From IMG/VR virus record IMGVR_UViG_3300044676_005314, positions 7,807-71,806 of that record: a DNA stretch of 64,000 nt, one strand, 5' to 3'. This DNA comes from a virus. Its lineage: Duplodnaviria; Caudoviricetes. Positions 44,130 to 54,048 of the stretch are shown here, in pieces (within the stretch, counting starts at the first letter, position 1; the number at the start of each line of letters is the position of its first letter). The notes under the pieces are model-generated. The model made no database searches, was not told the origin of the DNA, and saw only the letters and a program-made list of their open reading frames with translations. A program made the position numbers and the translations under genes.

Positions 44130-45457
44130 TGGCTGAAATAGAGATACCAGAACCCCTGTTGTTAGACAGACTAGGGGGAGATGAAGTATACGGTTTTGGT
44201 CAAGACGGAGATGTAACAATCGCAGCTGATACCGTTCTTACTAGAGATATGTACTACAACGATTTAAATATTAATTCATCTTGTACATTAGACACAAATG
44301 GTTATCGTGTCTTCGTTAGAGGAACATTAGCTTTTACAGATGCTACTTCTCGTATTGGTAGGTTCACATCTAAAACAACAGCAGGAACACTTAAGGGTGG
44401 ATTTGCTAAGGGTGTAGATGCTACAGATACACTTGGTGGAGCTTCCGGTGAACAAGGTGGTTCCCACTCTTCCGGAGATGAATTCTTTAAAGGTGATAAC
44501 GAAATGTTTAACCTTACAGTAGCTTTATTAGGAAAAAAATTCGACCCTTCAGATAATACCACTAAGTTTATTGGTGGAGGTTCTGGAGGAGACGACGGAG
44601 CCATCACAGCAAATGAGGGAGCAGGTGCAGATGGTGGAGACTCGGGCTGGGGAGACTACCAAACAGTAGGAGCAGCTGGAGGTAAAGGGTCTTCTGGTAA
44701 CGCAGCAACACCGGGTTCAGGTGCTGTAGGTGGTGGAGTTGTATTAGTAATAGCTAAGACAATCACAGGTGAGGGAACAATTAGAGCTGATGGAGATGCT
44801 TCAACAGCAGCAACAGCAGGTAATGCTGGAACACCAGCACCAAACGCATCAACACCGGGAAATACAAACCCAACAAACTATGGTGCTAACAATCCTAGCC
44901 CTTACTCTTATTCTGGTAATAACTATTCTTACAATAACAGTGGTACTAACCCAACTAACTATGGTTCTAATCCACCAAGCCCCTACACAAACTATGGTTC
45001 TAATCCACATACACATTATCATTGGCATCCATCTCCTAACCCAATAAATAACTTTGCCAATGGTTTTTATCATTACCACTATGCACATTCACATCCATAT
45101 TCTTATAGTGGCAGTAATCCGGGGAACCCTTACTCTTATTCGGGTAATAATTATTCTTATACAAACTATGGCTCTAACCCAACTAACTATGGTGCTAATC
45201 CCGGTAATAACTACTCTTACCCGGGCAATACTAATCCAACAACACCTCATCCGGGTGGTGCAGGTGGTTCAGCAGGAACTGCTTCAGATGGATACAATGC
45301 TGGTGGTGGGACAGTAGTTTTAGTTACAGGAACAAAGCCGTTACCTTCTTTAACATTGGCGGCAGCAGCAGGAACTGGTGGAACTGGTTCTGCAAGTGCT
45401 GGCTCAGTAATTACAGTTTTCAATATAAACGCAGACGACACAGACCCGGGAGCATAA
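44129..45457 (+). CDS. Gly-rich fibre/adhesin with a Pro/Asn/Tyr/His repeat insert
   Basis: YG.G.DG.VTI...T.LTRDMYYN.L head shared with 45459; insert at about 44855-45245. Confidence 0.75.
   Translation: MAEIEIPEPLLLDRLGGDEVYGFGQDGDVTIAADTVLTRDMYYNDLNINSSCTLDTNGYRVFVRGTLAFTDATSRIGRFTSKTTAGTLKGGFAKGVDATDTLGGASGEQGGSHSSGDEFFKGDNEMFNLTVALLGKKFDPSDNTTKFIGGGSGGDDGAITANEGAGADGGDSGWGDYQTVGAAGGKGSSGNAATPGSGAVGGGVVLVIAKTITGEGTIRADGDASTAATAGNAGTPAPNASTPGNTNPTNYGANNPSPYSYSGNNYSYNNSGTNPTNYGSNPPSPYTNYGSNPHTHYHWHPSPNPINNFANGFYHYHYAHSHPYSYSGSNPGNPYSYSGNNYSYTNYGSNPTNYGANPGNNYSYPGNTNPTTPHPGGAGGSAGTASDGYNAGGGTVVLVTGTKPLPSLTLAAAAGTGGTGSASAGSVITVFNINADDTDPGA
44855..45245 (+). repeat. intragenic low-complexity repeats (NPTNYG, PYSYSGNNYSY) flanking HxH motifs
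   Basis: read directly from the translation. Confidence 0.9.
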
Positions 45458-45458
45458 T

Positions 45459-46118
45459 ATGGCAATAACAGAAATAGGGAAAATACCTTCAGACTTTGAA
45501 ACTTTTGATGTCATTCCGGATAGCATTTACGGTTCCGGTATGGATGGAAATGTGACTATATCAGCCAACACAACATTAACAAGAGATATGTATTATAACA
45601 ATTTAACGGTAGGTGCTGGTTACACATTAAATACAGCAGGATACAGGGTGTTTGTTAGAAATACATTGACTGGTGCAGGAACATCAGCAAATCAATCAGA
45701 TACAATAATTGGTCGAGTAGGTGCAGCATCCACTTCCGGGACACTTAGTGGTGGTGCTCAATCCGCAGCTACAGATTCTTTAGGTGGTAATGGAAATGGA
45801 TACACAGCTACTGAACCAGCAGAAGGTGCAGAATATTTTAATCATCCCGATATAGCAATAGATGGAGTGATTCAGCACGGTGGTTCCACAACTGCTACAG
45901 CTTTAGTAGGTGGAGCAGGAGACTCTGTCAACTATGGTGGTGGAGTTGTTGTAGTTTGTGCTAGAAAAATACAAGGATATGGAACATTTGAAGCTAGTGG
46001 GGAAACAACTACTGGTGGAGGAGTAATATTTATTGTTTCGCAAAATATACCGTTAACAGGTTTTGCAACAGATGTTACAGGATACGCAAGCGGGACCGTT
46101 AAGACATTTAAGGTGTAG
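45459..46118 (+). CDS. paralogue of 44129..45457 lacking the insert
   Basis: same N-terminal motif and C-terminal GGGVVV..A..I.G.GT..A.G. Confidence 0.75.
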   Translation: MAITEIGKIPSDFETFDVIPDSIYGSGMDGNVTISANTTLTRDMYYNNLTVGAGYTLNTAGYRVFVRNTLTGAGTSANQSDTIIGRVGAASTSGTLSGGAQSAATDSLGGNGNGYTATEPAEGAEYFNHPDIAIDGVIQHGGSTTATALVGGAGDSVNYGGGVVVVCARKIQGYGTFEASGETTTGGGVIFIVSQNIPLTGFATDVTGYASGTVKTFKV

Positions 46119-46120
46119 TA

Positions 46121-47023
46121 ATGAGTACACCATCATATATTCGTGTACACTTTAGTAAATTAGGTTCTGACATTGAACTCTATAAAATACATTATTTTTT
46201 AGGTATTTATAAACCCGATTTTACCAACCCATTATTTCCAGATTTTACAACTGATGTTGATTTACCAACATACCCAAGAAAAGAGATAGCATTTAATAGT
46301 GAGGGCTATGTTGATATCCCTATGAATAATTCTGATGTAGTAAGTTTTTATATATTAAGAAAAGACGGTTACTACGAATATAACGATGAAATATCTGGAG
46401 CAGAGAACTTAAAAACTGGTGCATTAGACCCTTTTAAGTATGAAACAGGATATTTATATACAATTGATAAAAGTTTAAATCCACAAAGTAATTTTTATAT
46501 AAAACAAAACAAACCATATCTATACAAAGATAATACTTATAACGAGTTATTAGCTATGGGTGTTTCTTTTGCAGTTACTGAGGGTGACTTAGATGATGAC
46601 GAAGATGAAAACACAAAGACTTATGGAGATAAATTTAGAATATTTTATGACTTTAAAAACTACGAAGAAATAGACGTTCCAGAAGAAGCATATATGACCC
46701 CTACTTTGTGGGGTGGTGACACTGAACCATCGCAGTTTACAATGCTATACTTAAGGGGTAAAACGTTTAATAATATAGGAGTAAACAATATGGACTTATC
46801 ATTAAGTGCAGAAGCTTTACAAACTCAAAAAGATGACGCAGTAGCAATGCTAGAAGGTGGCGTAGCTAATAGTCTTTTTAAATTAGGCGAAGACATAGCT
46901 GCTTTTGACGAAGCTGCTTTCTTGGCTGATGTAGATGCATATAAAGCTACCAAAGATGCTTCTTTGCATACTGTGATTGATTATATGAAAGTTTGTTTAG
47001 ATAATTTAGCAGCAATCGAATAA
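46121..47023 (+). CDS. hypothetical protein, possible internal start at 46790
   Basis: long ORF; AGGAG RBS before in-frame ATG 46790. Confidence 0.65.
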   Translation: MSTPSYIRVHFSKLGSDIELYKIHYFLGIYKPDFTNPLFPDFTTDVDLPTYPRKEIAFNSEGYVDIPMNNSDVVSFYILRKDGYYEYNDEISGAENLKTGALDPFKYETGYLYTIDKSLNPQSNFYIKQNKPYLYKDNTYNELLAMGVSFAVTEGDLDDDEDENTKTYGDKFRIFYDFKNYEEIDVPEEAYMTPTLWGGDTEPSQFTMLYLRGKTFNNIGVNNMDLSLSAEALQTQKDDAVAMLEGGVANSLFKLGEDIAAFDEAAFLADVDAYKATKDASLHTVIDYMKVCLDNLAAIE

Positions 47024-47040
47024 TTTTACGAGGAGGGTTC

Positions 47041-47514
47041 GTGCGAAAAATATTTTATGTCCCAAAAGAAGAAAATATTGATGAATATAAATCTCAATGG
47101 GAAAATGTTTATGCTGAAATCCAACACGGTATAAGTGAAAACACAAAAGATTTAATTAAAGATGTCGATAAAGCTGGTGAAGTTTCTATCCCTGAATATA
47201 GATTTCTTGAAGTACCGATAAATTTTTCTGATAAAGATTATGTACAATTTAATTATTGGGATGATTTTGAAGTAATCAAAAAAGATAAACCAGAAATTAT
47301 TTCTGAAATATATACAAATGATTTAGACAATCCAAGTTCTCAATCTGTATTGTTAAAAACATTACCTATGCATTATGTTGAAATAGGAAATCATTGGCAA
47401 TCAGATTTTTTAAAACTTGACATAGGTTGGTATGAAGTCGTTATAAAAGTAGATGGTATAGAAGTCGAAACTAAAGAAACTTCTGTATATGAATATTATT
47501 TTGAAGAAGAATAA
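47041..47514 (+). CDS. hypothetical protein
   Basis: GAGGAGG RBS before GTG. Confidence 0.7.
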   Translation: MRKIFYVPKEENIDEYKSQWENVYAEIQHGISENTKDLIKDVDKAGEVSIPEYRFLEVPINFSDKDYVQFNYWDDFEVIKKDKPEIISEIYTNDLDNPSSQSVLLKTLPMHYVEIGNHWQSDFLKLDIGWYEVVIKVDGIEVETKETSVYEYYFEEE

Positions 47515-48209
47515 TGCAAGAAAATATTTGGAAATCAGTACAACCAAAAATTTTAGCACCCGGAATAGTTGCTTTTGAAAAATGTATAGAAACATATTCA
47601 GAAGTTATAGATATTATGAATTCAGAAGTAGATGAATGGAAAAAATATAACGTAACACAAGATGGTCAAGGTTATGGTAAAGCAAATGGCCCTATAAGAT
47701 TTAGTCCTGAAAGTAATTTTAAAGCAAAAGAATCTATTTCATACTTTAAACAGGTGCAAAGAAATGCAATTGATAAAGCAGCATCATATATGCAAATATA
47801 TCCAGAAGTTGAAAGAGAAGTAAATTGGATGGAATCTTGGCAATATATATCTTATAGACCTCCTAAGCATATGGAATTTCATAGTGATAACCATTCTGTA
47901 AGAGATAAAAGAACAAATAAACATCATATAGCACCTTATTTGAGAAGATTTACTATCCTTACTTATATGAATGATAATTTTAAAGGAGGAGATTTATTGT
48001 TTAGGTATTTTCCAGAAATGGGTGCTTATAAAGCACCTGCTGGTACTTCAGTTATTATGCCTAGTGCGTTTGTATATTCACACGCAACAACTCCACTTTT
48101 AAATGGTAGAAAAACAGCTTTCCTAGTATCTTTTTCAAGTCACTATAACGTTGATGGAGAGATGGCAGGAGAACCTGTACAAGAATTAGCTAGAAGGGAA
48201 TTAAGATGA
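47514..48209 (+). CDS. 2OG-Fe(II) oxygenase, P4H-like
   Basis: FHSD...RRFTILTYMND.F.GG.L.F...P..F.YSH...P...G.K. Confidence 0.9.
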   Translation: MQENIWKSVQPKILAPGIVAFEKCIETYSEVIDIMNSEVDEWKKYNVTQDGQGYGKANGPIRFSPESNFKAKESISYFKQVQRNAIDKAASYMQIYPEVEREVNWMESWQYISYRPPKHMEFHSDNHSVRDKRTNKHHIAPYLRRFTILTYMNDNFKGGDLLFRYFPEMGAYKAPAGTSVIMPSAFVYSHATTPLLNGRKTAFLVSFSSHYNVDGEMAGEPVQELARRELR

Positions 48210-48886
48210 TAAAAAAAGCAGGAACTATACATATTTATGATGATTTTTTAACAGATGTGCAAGCTGAAGAAATTATAAAAACAACAGAGGAAATAGATAA
48301 CTCAAAATTAAAAATGGGTTATATAAGTGCAAAAGTTGGTAAAGGTCACGAAGGTGGAAATATAAGAAGCAATATGACTTTTAATTTAACTGAGCACGCA
48401 TTTACAGACCCGTCGTCTCGTGAATATAGAGAAGCAGTTAAAGCAGACTTGGATGATTACTATTTAAAATGTAAGCAAATTCAAGATTTAATTAGCAAAA
48501 AGTTGCAAGAATATGTAGGACTATATTGCGAAGAATACGAAATCCCTATACATTTTGACGAAGGTTTTACAATTCTCAGATATCAAGGTGGTCAAGAGTA
48601 CAAAAGTCATTGTGACTATGCACCTCACATACCTAGGTATTTATCAGCATTAATACTTCTAAACCCACAAGATTATGAAGGTGGTGGAACATACTTTGAA
48701 TATTTTGATGAAAATATTAAACCCGACAAACCATCACTAGTTTTATTTCCTAGTAACTATGCATACGCACATAGAGCTATGCCTGTAATTAAAGGAACTA
48801 AATATGCAATAGTGACTTGGTTGGGTCACGTTTTAGATTGGGATGGAATGCCCGTTATGTATACGCCACAAGGAGGACAGAAATAA
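48206..48886 (+). CDS. prolyl 4-hydroxylase-like 2OG-Fe(II) oxygenase
   Basis: YKSHCD...R.LSALILLN..YEGG.TYF...KP....VLFPS...AHRAMPVIKGTKYAIVTW. Confidence 0.92.
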   Translation: MIKKAGTIHIYDDFLTDVQAEEIIKTTEEIDNSKLKMGYISAKVGKGHEGGNIRSNMTFNLTEHAFTDPSSREYREAVKADLDDYYLKCKQIQDLISKKLQEYVGLYCEEYEIPIHFDEGFTILRYQGGQEYKSHCDYAPHIPRYLSALILLNPQDYEGGGTYFEYFDENIKPDKPSLVLFPSNYAYAHRAMPVIKGTKYAIVTWLGHVLDWDGMPVMYTPQGGQK

Positions 48887-49431
48887 TGGATGCTGTAAAA
48901 ATTACGGATTTATTCAAAGGTAATCAATTAGAAGAATTAAAGTATTTTCTGGATAATGAAAGTCCTTTTATTGACGAACATAACTGGAATAAAAAAATAA
49001 ATCATTATTTTAAAAGGTCCTATGAAATTGATGTTCTTGCAACTTATCTAATAGATAAAGCAAGAGAAGTTTTTGAAGTACATAATCTACTTCCAACAAT
49101 TTCAGGAATAAGATGGTATGAAGAGTCACCTCCAACAATAGAACACATAGATTTTGGGCCTGCACAATATAACATTTTGTATAACTATTATTCTGTAGAA
49201 CCTGTAACTATTACATACGATAATCACGAAATTGTATTAGAAAATGAAGAAGCATTAGCTTATTTTGGAGAATTTCCGCACTCAAGAAAAAAAACAGATG
49301 ACATATCAATATGTTTAAGTTTTGGGTTTAATACACCGGACAGTCCACACTTCGCTTTAGCAGAGTATAATGATAAAGGTAATTATGTTTATAAATCAGA
49401 TAAACCGGAGGTAGAAGTAGATTGGCTATAG
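48886..49431 (+). CDS. divergent 2OG-Fe(II) oxygenase (start revised)
   Basis: EHID...YNI...L....AL.YFG..PHSR; similar layout to 51784. Confidence 0.6.
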   Translation: MDAVKITDLFKGNQLEELKYFLDNESPFIDEHNWNKKINHYFKRSYEIDVLATYLIDKAREVFEVHNLLPTISGIRWYEESPPTIEHIDFGPAQYNILYNYYSVEPVTITYDNHEIVLENEEALAYFGEFPHSRKKTDDISICLSFGFNTPDSPHFALAEYNDKGNYVYKSDKPEVEVDWL

Positions 49432-50132
49432 TATCACAAGTTTTTAGATGTGGACCAACATTAGATTATGATGATTCTGATTGGTATGAATCTCGTGTTT
49501 CCGATTTAGGCCACATAAACCCTTCCTTAGAATTTTGGTTAAAAGATAACGCTTCTAGTTACACAAATGCCATTGTTATTGGTGCTGGATTCGGTTTGTC
49601 TTCTAAACAGTTAATAGATGCTGGTACTTCAGTTACTTCATTGGAACCTATAGCTTCTAGATTTGCTTTACTAGAAACAAATGTGCCAACAGGAACAAAT
49701 CTTAATAAAGGTGCTGGTGCGTTGCCGGGTACTGAAATTGTCTATTACAACAGTGATAACAAATCTGGAGCAGTAATTGATAAAGAAGTAGGTTTACAAT
49801 CTCAAGAAGTAGAAGTAATAACTATCGACAGCTTAGATTTATCACCAGATTTAATGATTATCTATGCCAATGGAAAAGAAATGGAAGTTTTAGATGGTGC
49901 TTCACAAACAATTGCAGACAACCCTAGTTGTAAAATAATAATAAGATGGGTTCCTGATAAATTTGAAAATATAGATACTGCTTACAATAAATTAACTTCA
50001 CTAGGGAAAACAATAGACATTATCCACTGGGAAGAAGACGGAGATGAAATTTCTGTTAAAAGACAACTTGATGGTATAAAACCAAATGATAATCTAAAAG
50101 CAGTTACAACAGCAGATTTACTATTGGAGTAG
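49422..50132 (+). CDS. FkbM-like methyltransferase fold, degenerate
   Basis: IVIGAGFG.SS, LEP......L..N, V.TIDSL...PD..I...G.E..VL.GA. Confidence 0.6.
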   Translation: MAIVSQVFRCGPTLDYDDSDWYESRVSDLGHINPSLEFWLKDNASSYTNAIVIGAGFGLSSKQLIDAGTSVTSLEPIASRFALLETNVPTGTNLNKGAGALPGTEIVYYNSDNKSGAVIDKEVGLQSQEVEVITIDSLDLSPDLMIIYANGKEMEVLDGASQTIADNPSCKIIIRWVPDKFENIDTAYNKLTSLGKTIDIIHWEEDGDEISVKRQLDGIKPNDNLKAVTTADLLLE

Positions 50133-50133
50133 T

Positions 50134-50961
50134 ATGAAAAAATGGTGGGAGACAAAAAAATACTCTAGAATATTAGAAAATAAAACTCATATTCTTGGAA
50201 AAGAAGAAGAAATACTATTTTTGGTTAATCCGGGCCACGCACACTATGTAGACTTAGCACCCGTAAAACCCTCAAAAGAATTTATGCCTGCTTGGTATAA
50301 AAATTTACAGAGAGAGTGGTCTTATATGAACGAAGCGGACCATTCTTGGAACACTATTCCATATAGAGATAACTCTGTAAAAAAATGCCCTACTGTCAAA
50401 GATATGATGTTTGCTGGTTACATAATACCTTTGTGGCTAGATTTAAGAATAGATTATAACGTACAAACTGGATTTAACTGGTATAACAAGCACGCTAATG
50501 AAGAAACTGTAACTTACCACGAACCAAGTTCTATAGGTTCTATGCCTATAAATGATAACTCTTTTAATACTGCACTAAAATTTACTAACCCTTGGGATAT
50601 TATTACCCCACCGGGTTGGTCTATATTAGTTACTTCACCTTGGTACCACAGAAATTGGGAAATAGAAATTATGCCGAGCATTGTAGAAACTGATAGTTAC
50701 CATCAAATGAATATACCTTTTTTATATCACGGTCAAGGTGAAAGAACATTTAGACAAGGTATGCCATTAATACAAATAATTCCTTTTAAAAGAGAAGGTT
50801 TTGATAACTTAGGTTATCAATCAAGAATTATGAATGAAGATGAAAAGCTTTATTACGATAAAAGTAGAGAGGCAGAACGAACCAAACAAAATGGATGGTA
50901 TCGATGGTTGACTCAACAAAATAAAAAAATATGGAAAAGAGATGGGATTATAGATGAATAA
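50134..50961 (+). CDS. DUF6065-like / DSBH-fold protein
   Basis: P.WYKNL, KKCP...D....GY.IPLW, KF.NPW...TPPGWS, P.IVETD. Confidence 0.65.
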   Translation: MKKWWETKKYSRILENKTHILGKEEEILFLVNPGHAHYVDLAPVKPSKEFMPAWYKNLQREWSYMNEADHSWNTIPYRDNSVKKCPTVKDMMFAGYIIPLWLDLRIDYNVQTGFNWYNKHANEETVTYHEPSSIGSMPINDNSFNTALKFTNPWDIITPPGWSILVTSPWYHRNWEIEIMPSIVETDSYHQMNIPFLYHGQGERTFRQGMPLIQIIPFKREGFDNLGYQSRIMNEDEKLYYDKSREAERTKQNGWYRWLTQQNKKIWKRDGIIDE

Positions 50962-51802
50962 ATGTCCAGTACCACAAAATTATAGATTAAAGATACCAAA
51001 GATTACTGATTTATGGAGTAAGAAGTTAAGTTCACTCAATAAAGATATGCCAACTGTAGCATTTACATTACCTCGTAAGAATTTAGAGTGGGGCCAAATG
51101 GAAAATAACGAAACTCAAAGTGAACAACCGGCTATTAATTTTAGAACACCTAGCAAGTTTGTTAAAGCACCTAATGGTTGCGTATCTACACAATTTATGA
51201 GACATAGAATGTATGAAATGTATTTTCCTTGGTCATATGTAAAACTTAAATTAAGAAAGAATACATTTGCTGATGAAGTAGATAGGTATGGTGGATATGA
51301 TGTTTCTGCAAGATTTACAGGCCTAGTAAAGCATCACGGACCATTTAATGATTTTATATTAGAAGAAAAAGAAGCTTGGGGAGACAGGGATACCCCTGTA
51401 ATGCAAATAACAATGCCTGTTATGTTGTTTACTGACGATGAAGAAGTTTGGATGGATGTTATACCCTCAGATAGAAACACAGGACAAAATTTGCCTATAT
51501 CTACTATTCCGGGATTTATGCCAATATATGCTTGGTCAAGAGGATTGTCTTGGGCTTTTGAATGGACAAACTTAGAACAAGATGAATGCATAATTAATCA
51601 CGATACAGTTATGTTTAACTTGTTATTCAGTAAGCCAGTCAAACTCAAATATGTAGAGTGGAATGAAACCTTTTCAAAACAATGGAATCAAATAGTTGGT
51701 TCAAGTGTAAATAGAAGAGATAGTAATATGCTTTATCCAGATATGCTTGATAGAAGACCAGATAAAGTAATGCCCAAGGAGAAATGGTGGAAGAAGCTTT
51801 AA
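50954..51802 (+). CDS. DUF6065-like protein (distant paralogue)
   Basis: V.IPG..PI..W.R.L.WAFEW pattern; cluster context. Confidence 0.5.
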   Translation: MNKCPVPQNYRLKIPKITDLWSKKLSSLNKDMPTVAFTLPRKNLEWGQMENNETQSEQPAINFRTPSKFVKAPNGCVSTQFMRHRMYEMYFPWSYVKLKLRKNTFADEVDRYGGYDVSARFTGLVKHHGPFNDFILEEKEAWGDRDTPVMQITMPVMLFTDDEEVWMDVIPSDRNTGQNLPISTIPGFMPIYAWSRGLSWAFEWTNLEQDECIINHDTVMFNLLFSKPVKLKYVEWNETFSKQWNQIVGSSVNRRDSNMLYPDMLDRRPDKVMPKEKWWKKL

Positions 51803-52362
51803 TACTCGATAATGTTTATCCTAAAAATATATTTGAAAGACTAGTAACCATTGCTAAGAGACAAGCCCATTTAGGGTTATATTCATCTGATTTTGGTAGA
51901 TTTGGTTTAACTTACGGTGATGAAGAAAGAAAAGATAGTGAAAACGCTAACTGGATAAGACAATTTAAACCCGTCCTTGTTCCTTTAGCTAGAGAAATAT
52001 TTAATTCTCCTAACCTAGAAGCATCTTATTCAATGTTTGCAGAATATAAATTAGTAGATGACAATATACCTAATTTACCAAAACACAAAGACAACAACGC
52101 TTGTACTTACACGATTGATGTTTGTTTATATCAAGAAACAGAACCTTGGGGTATTTGGATTGAAGGTAAAGAATATTTCTTAGAGCCTAATCAAGCAATT
52201 ATTATTTATGGCGAAGAACAAGAGCATTGGAGAGAAGAATTTCCGGACCCTAATAATAATAAAATAGGTATGATGTTTAATCACTATGTAGAGCCAGACC
52301 ACTGGTGGAACAATCCTGTACTTAATACAAGAGAAAAAAGACAAGCAGCGGGTTTAATTTGA
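51784..52362 (+). CDS. 2OG-Fe(II) oxygenase
   Basis: LPKHKDN.ACTYTI..CL....PW.IWIEG....L.P..A...GE..EHWRE. Confidence 0.85.
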   Translation: MVEEALILDNVYPKNIFERLVTIAKRQAHLGLYSSDFGRFGLTYGDEERKDSENANWIRQFKPVLVPLAREIFNSPNLEASYSMFAEYKLVDDNIPNLPKHKDNNACTYTIDVCLYQETEPWGIWIEGKEYFLEPNQAIIIYGEEQEHWREEFPDPNNNKIGMMFNHYVEPDHWWNNPVLNTREKRQAAGLI

Positions 52363-53108
52363 AATCTTTTAAAACACCAACTATAACTTTTAAAACACAA
52401 AATCCTGCACTCTTAGATTTAGAACCACCAATACCTGCAGCACAAGCAATACCCGAATGGTTTCAAAATCTAAATATGGATTTACCAAGACCCGACCATA
52501 AACCATTTCCAGTATTAGGAAAAATACTTAAGAAGTGGTCTTCACATACTATTAAAAAATGTCCAGCAGTAGTAGATTATTTTTCACAAGGATACATTAT
52601 TCCTATGTGGTGCGACTTTTTAATACAAAGACACGGTCAAGAGTTTTATTTTGAAACAAATGGCATACAAGATGGAATTGGAAGTGGTATCGAGTTTCAC
52701 GAAGAAGGACAATTTAAAACATATCCGTTTAAAAGAAATGATTACAGAAGAGCAGTAAAGTTTACAAGTCCTTGGTTCTTTCATACTCCACCGGGATGGT
52801 CTACCTTATTTATACAACCATTGATGCATCCACAAGATAATTACACATTATTTCCGGGAATTGTAGAAACAGATAGTTTTCATCAAGTTAATTTTCCTAG
52901 CATATGGCATACAGAAGGGGATAGAATCTTACAAAGGGGATACCCGTTTCTACACGTCATACCTTTTAAGAGAAGTAAAACAAAATTAAATATTGAAGAG
53001 TTCACACAACAAGACCATAAAGAAAATAATATTGAGTCATATAAACTTCGTAGCAAGATGACAGCAGGATATAGGGAGATAACACGACGAAATAGAAAGC
53101 TACAATAG
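52359..53108 (+). CDS. DUF6065-like protein, paralogue of 50134
   Basis: IPEWF..L, TIKKCPA..DY..QGYIIP.W.D, KF.SPW...TPPGWS, PGIVETD. Confidence 0.65.
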   Translation: MKSFKTPTITFKTQNPALLDLEPPIPAAQAIPEWFQNLNMDLPRPDHKPFPVLGKILKKWSSHTIKKCPAVVDYFSQGYIIPMWCDFLIQRHGQEFYFETNGIQDGIGSGIEFHEEGQFKTYPFKRNDYRRAVKFTSPWFFHTPPGWSTLFIQPLMHPQDNYTLFPGIVETDSFHQVNFPSIWHTEGDRILQRGYPFLHVIPFKRSKTKLNIEEFTQQDHKENNIESYKLRSKMTAGYREITRRNRKLQ

Positions 53109-53112
53109 TTAT

Positions 53113-53367
53113 ATGAAAGTGTGGATTGACCAAGATTTATGTACCGGTGATGGTCTTTGTGCAGAAATTTGTCCCGAAGTATTCACTATGTTGCCGGATG
53201 GATTAGCTTATGTGCAAGAACACACACCATATCCTAAAATATACGCTGCTTCACAAGGTAACCCCGAAGGTGCAGAAGGCACAGCAGTAGTTCCAATAGG
53301 TAAAGAAGAGTTGGTAAAAGAAGCTGCAGAAGAGTGTCCCGGCGAGTGCATTTTTATAAGTTTATAA
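53113..53367 (+). CDS. fdx: ferredoxin (single-cluster, actinobacterial type)
   Basis: MKVWIDQDLCTGDGLCAEICPEVF...EAAEECPGECI. Confidence 0.92.
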   Translation: MKVWIDQDLCTGDGLCAEICPEVFTMLPDGLAYVQEHTPYPKIYAASQGNPEGAEGTAVVPIGKEELVKEAAEECPGECIFISL

Positions 53368-53373
53368 TGGAGT

Positions 53374-53511
53374 ATGGTAAATTTATACAACTTAGAGTGG
53401 GAACTTCTTAAAAAAAGTAGATTAACAGATAGAGCCCCTTCTTCTATCTTAGATTCTCCAGATTATGAGTCTACTTCTAAGCAATATACAAAATATAAAC
53501 AAGATATATAA
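53374..53511 (+). CDS. 45-aa hypothetical protein
   Basis: GGAG RBS; hand translation MVNLYNLEWELLKKSR... Confidence 0.5.
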   Translation: MVNLYNLEWELLKKSRLTDRAPSSILDSPDYESTSKQYTKYKQDI

Positions 53512-53581
53512 AAAATAATACAAAACTGTCATACCTTGTATGTAAAATGCTATAATAGTATTAACGCGAACAAGGAGAGTA

Positions 53582-53794
53582 ATGACAGAAGAAAATCAAA
53601 AGATTGATATAGAACAAGTTGTAGCTGCTTATAATCAAAATTTAGCAGAGCTTGACAAAGCCAGAAAAATGATTGATAAAATGGCTATCAACGAAGCTAG
53701 ACATACCGTAGAAATCGCTGAGCGAGATGTTGTTATTGACAACTTAAGAGCAATAGTAACTAATGCACAAGCACCTGTTTCCGAAGAGGAATAA
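53582..53794 (+). CDS. coiled-coil hypothetical protein
   Basis: AAGGAG RBS. Confidence 0.7.
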   Translation: MTEENQKIDIEQVVAAYNQNLAELDKARKMIDKMAINEARHTVEIAERDVVIDNLRAIVTNAQAPVSEEE

Positions 53795-54048
53795 TGAATA
53801 AATTTGATGAGGCGTTAAATGCATTACACGCACAGAGGGTTCAGAAACTTAAAATAGATAAAATATTAGCAAAGCTCAATCGTGGTTCAGACGAAGAAAA
53901 AGAATATGCAAGTACTCTTGAAACTGCACTTTTAAATACTGCTTATAATAATCAGACAATTGTAGATGCTTTAAAATCAGTTGATATTGAAATATCTTTA
54001 TCTGCTGTTAGAGCTTGGAGGATGAAAAGAAATGACACAGAAGCCTAA
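53794..54048 (+). CDS. small HTH-like protein
   Basis: I..ALKS..I.ISLSAVR.WR pattern. Confidence 0.55.
   Translation: MNKFDEALNALHAQRVQKLKIDKILAKLNRGSDEEKEYASTLETALLNTAYNNQTIVDALKSVDIEISLSAVRAWRMKRNDTEA

Noticed and set aside
44855-45245. Diversity-generating retroelement TR/VR pair
   Set aside because: Repeats are short, in-frame and intragenic, differences are not adenine-specific, and no reverse transcriptase is in the window.
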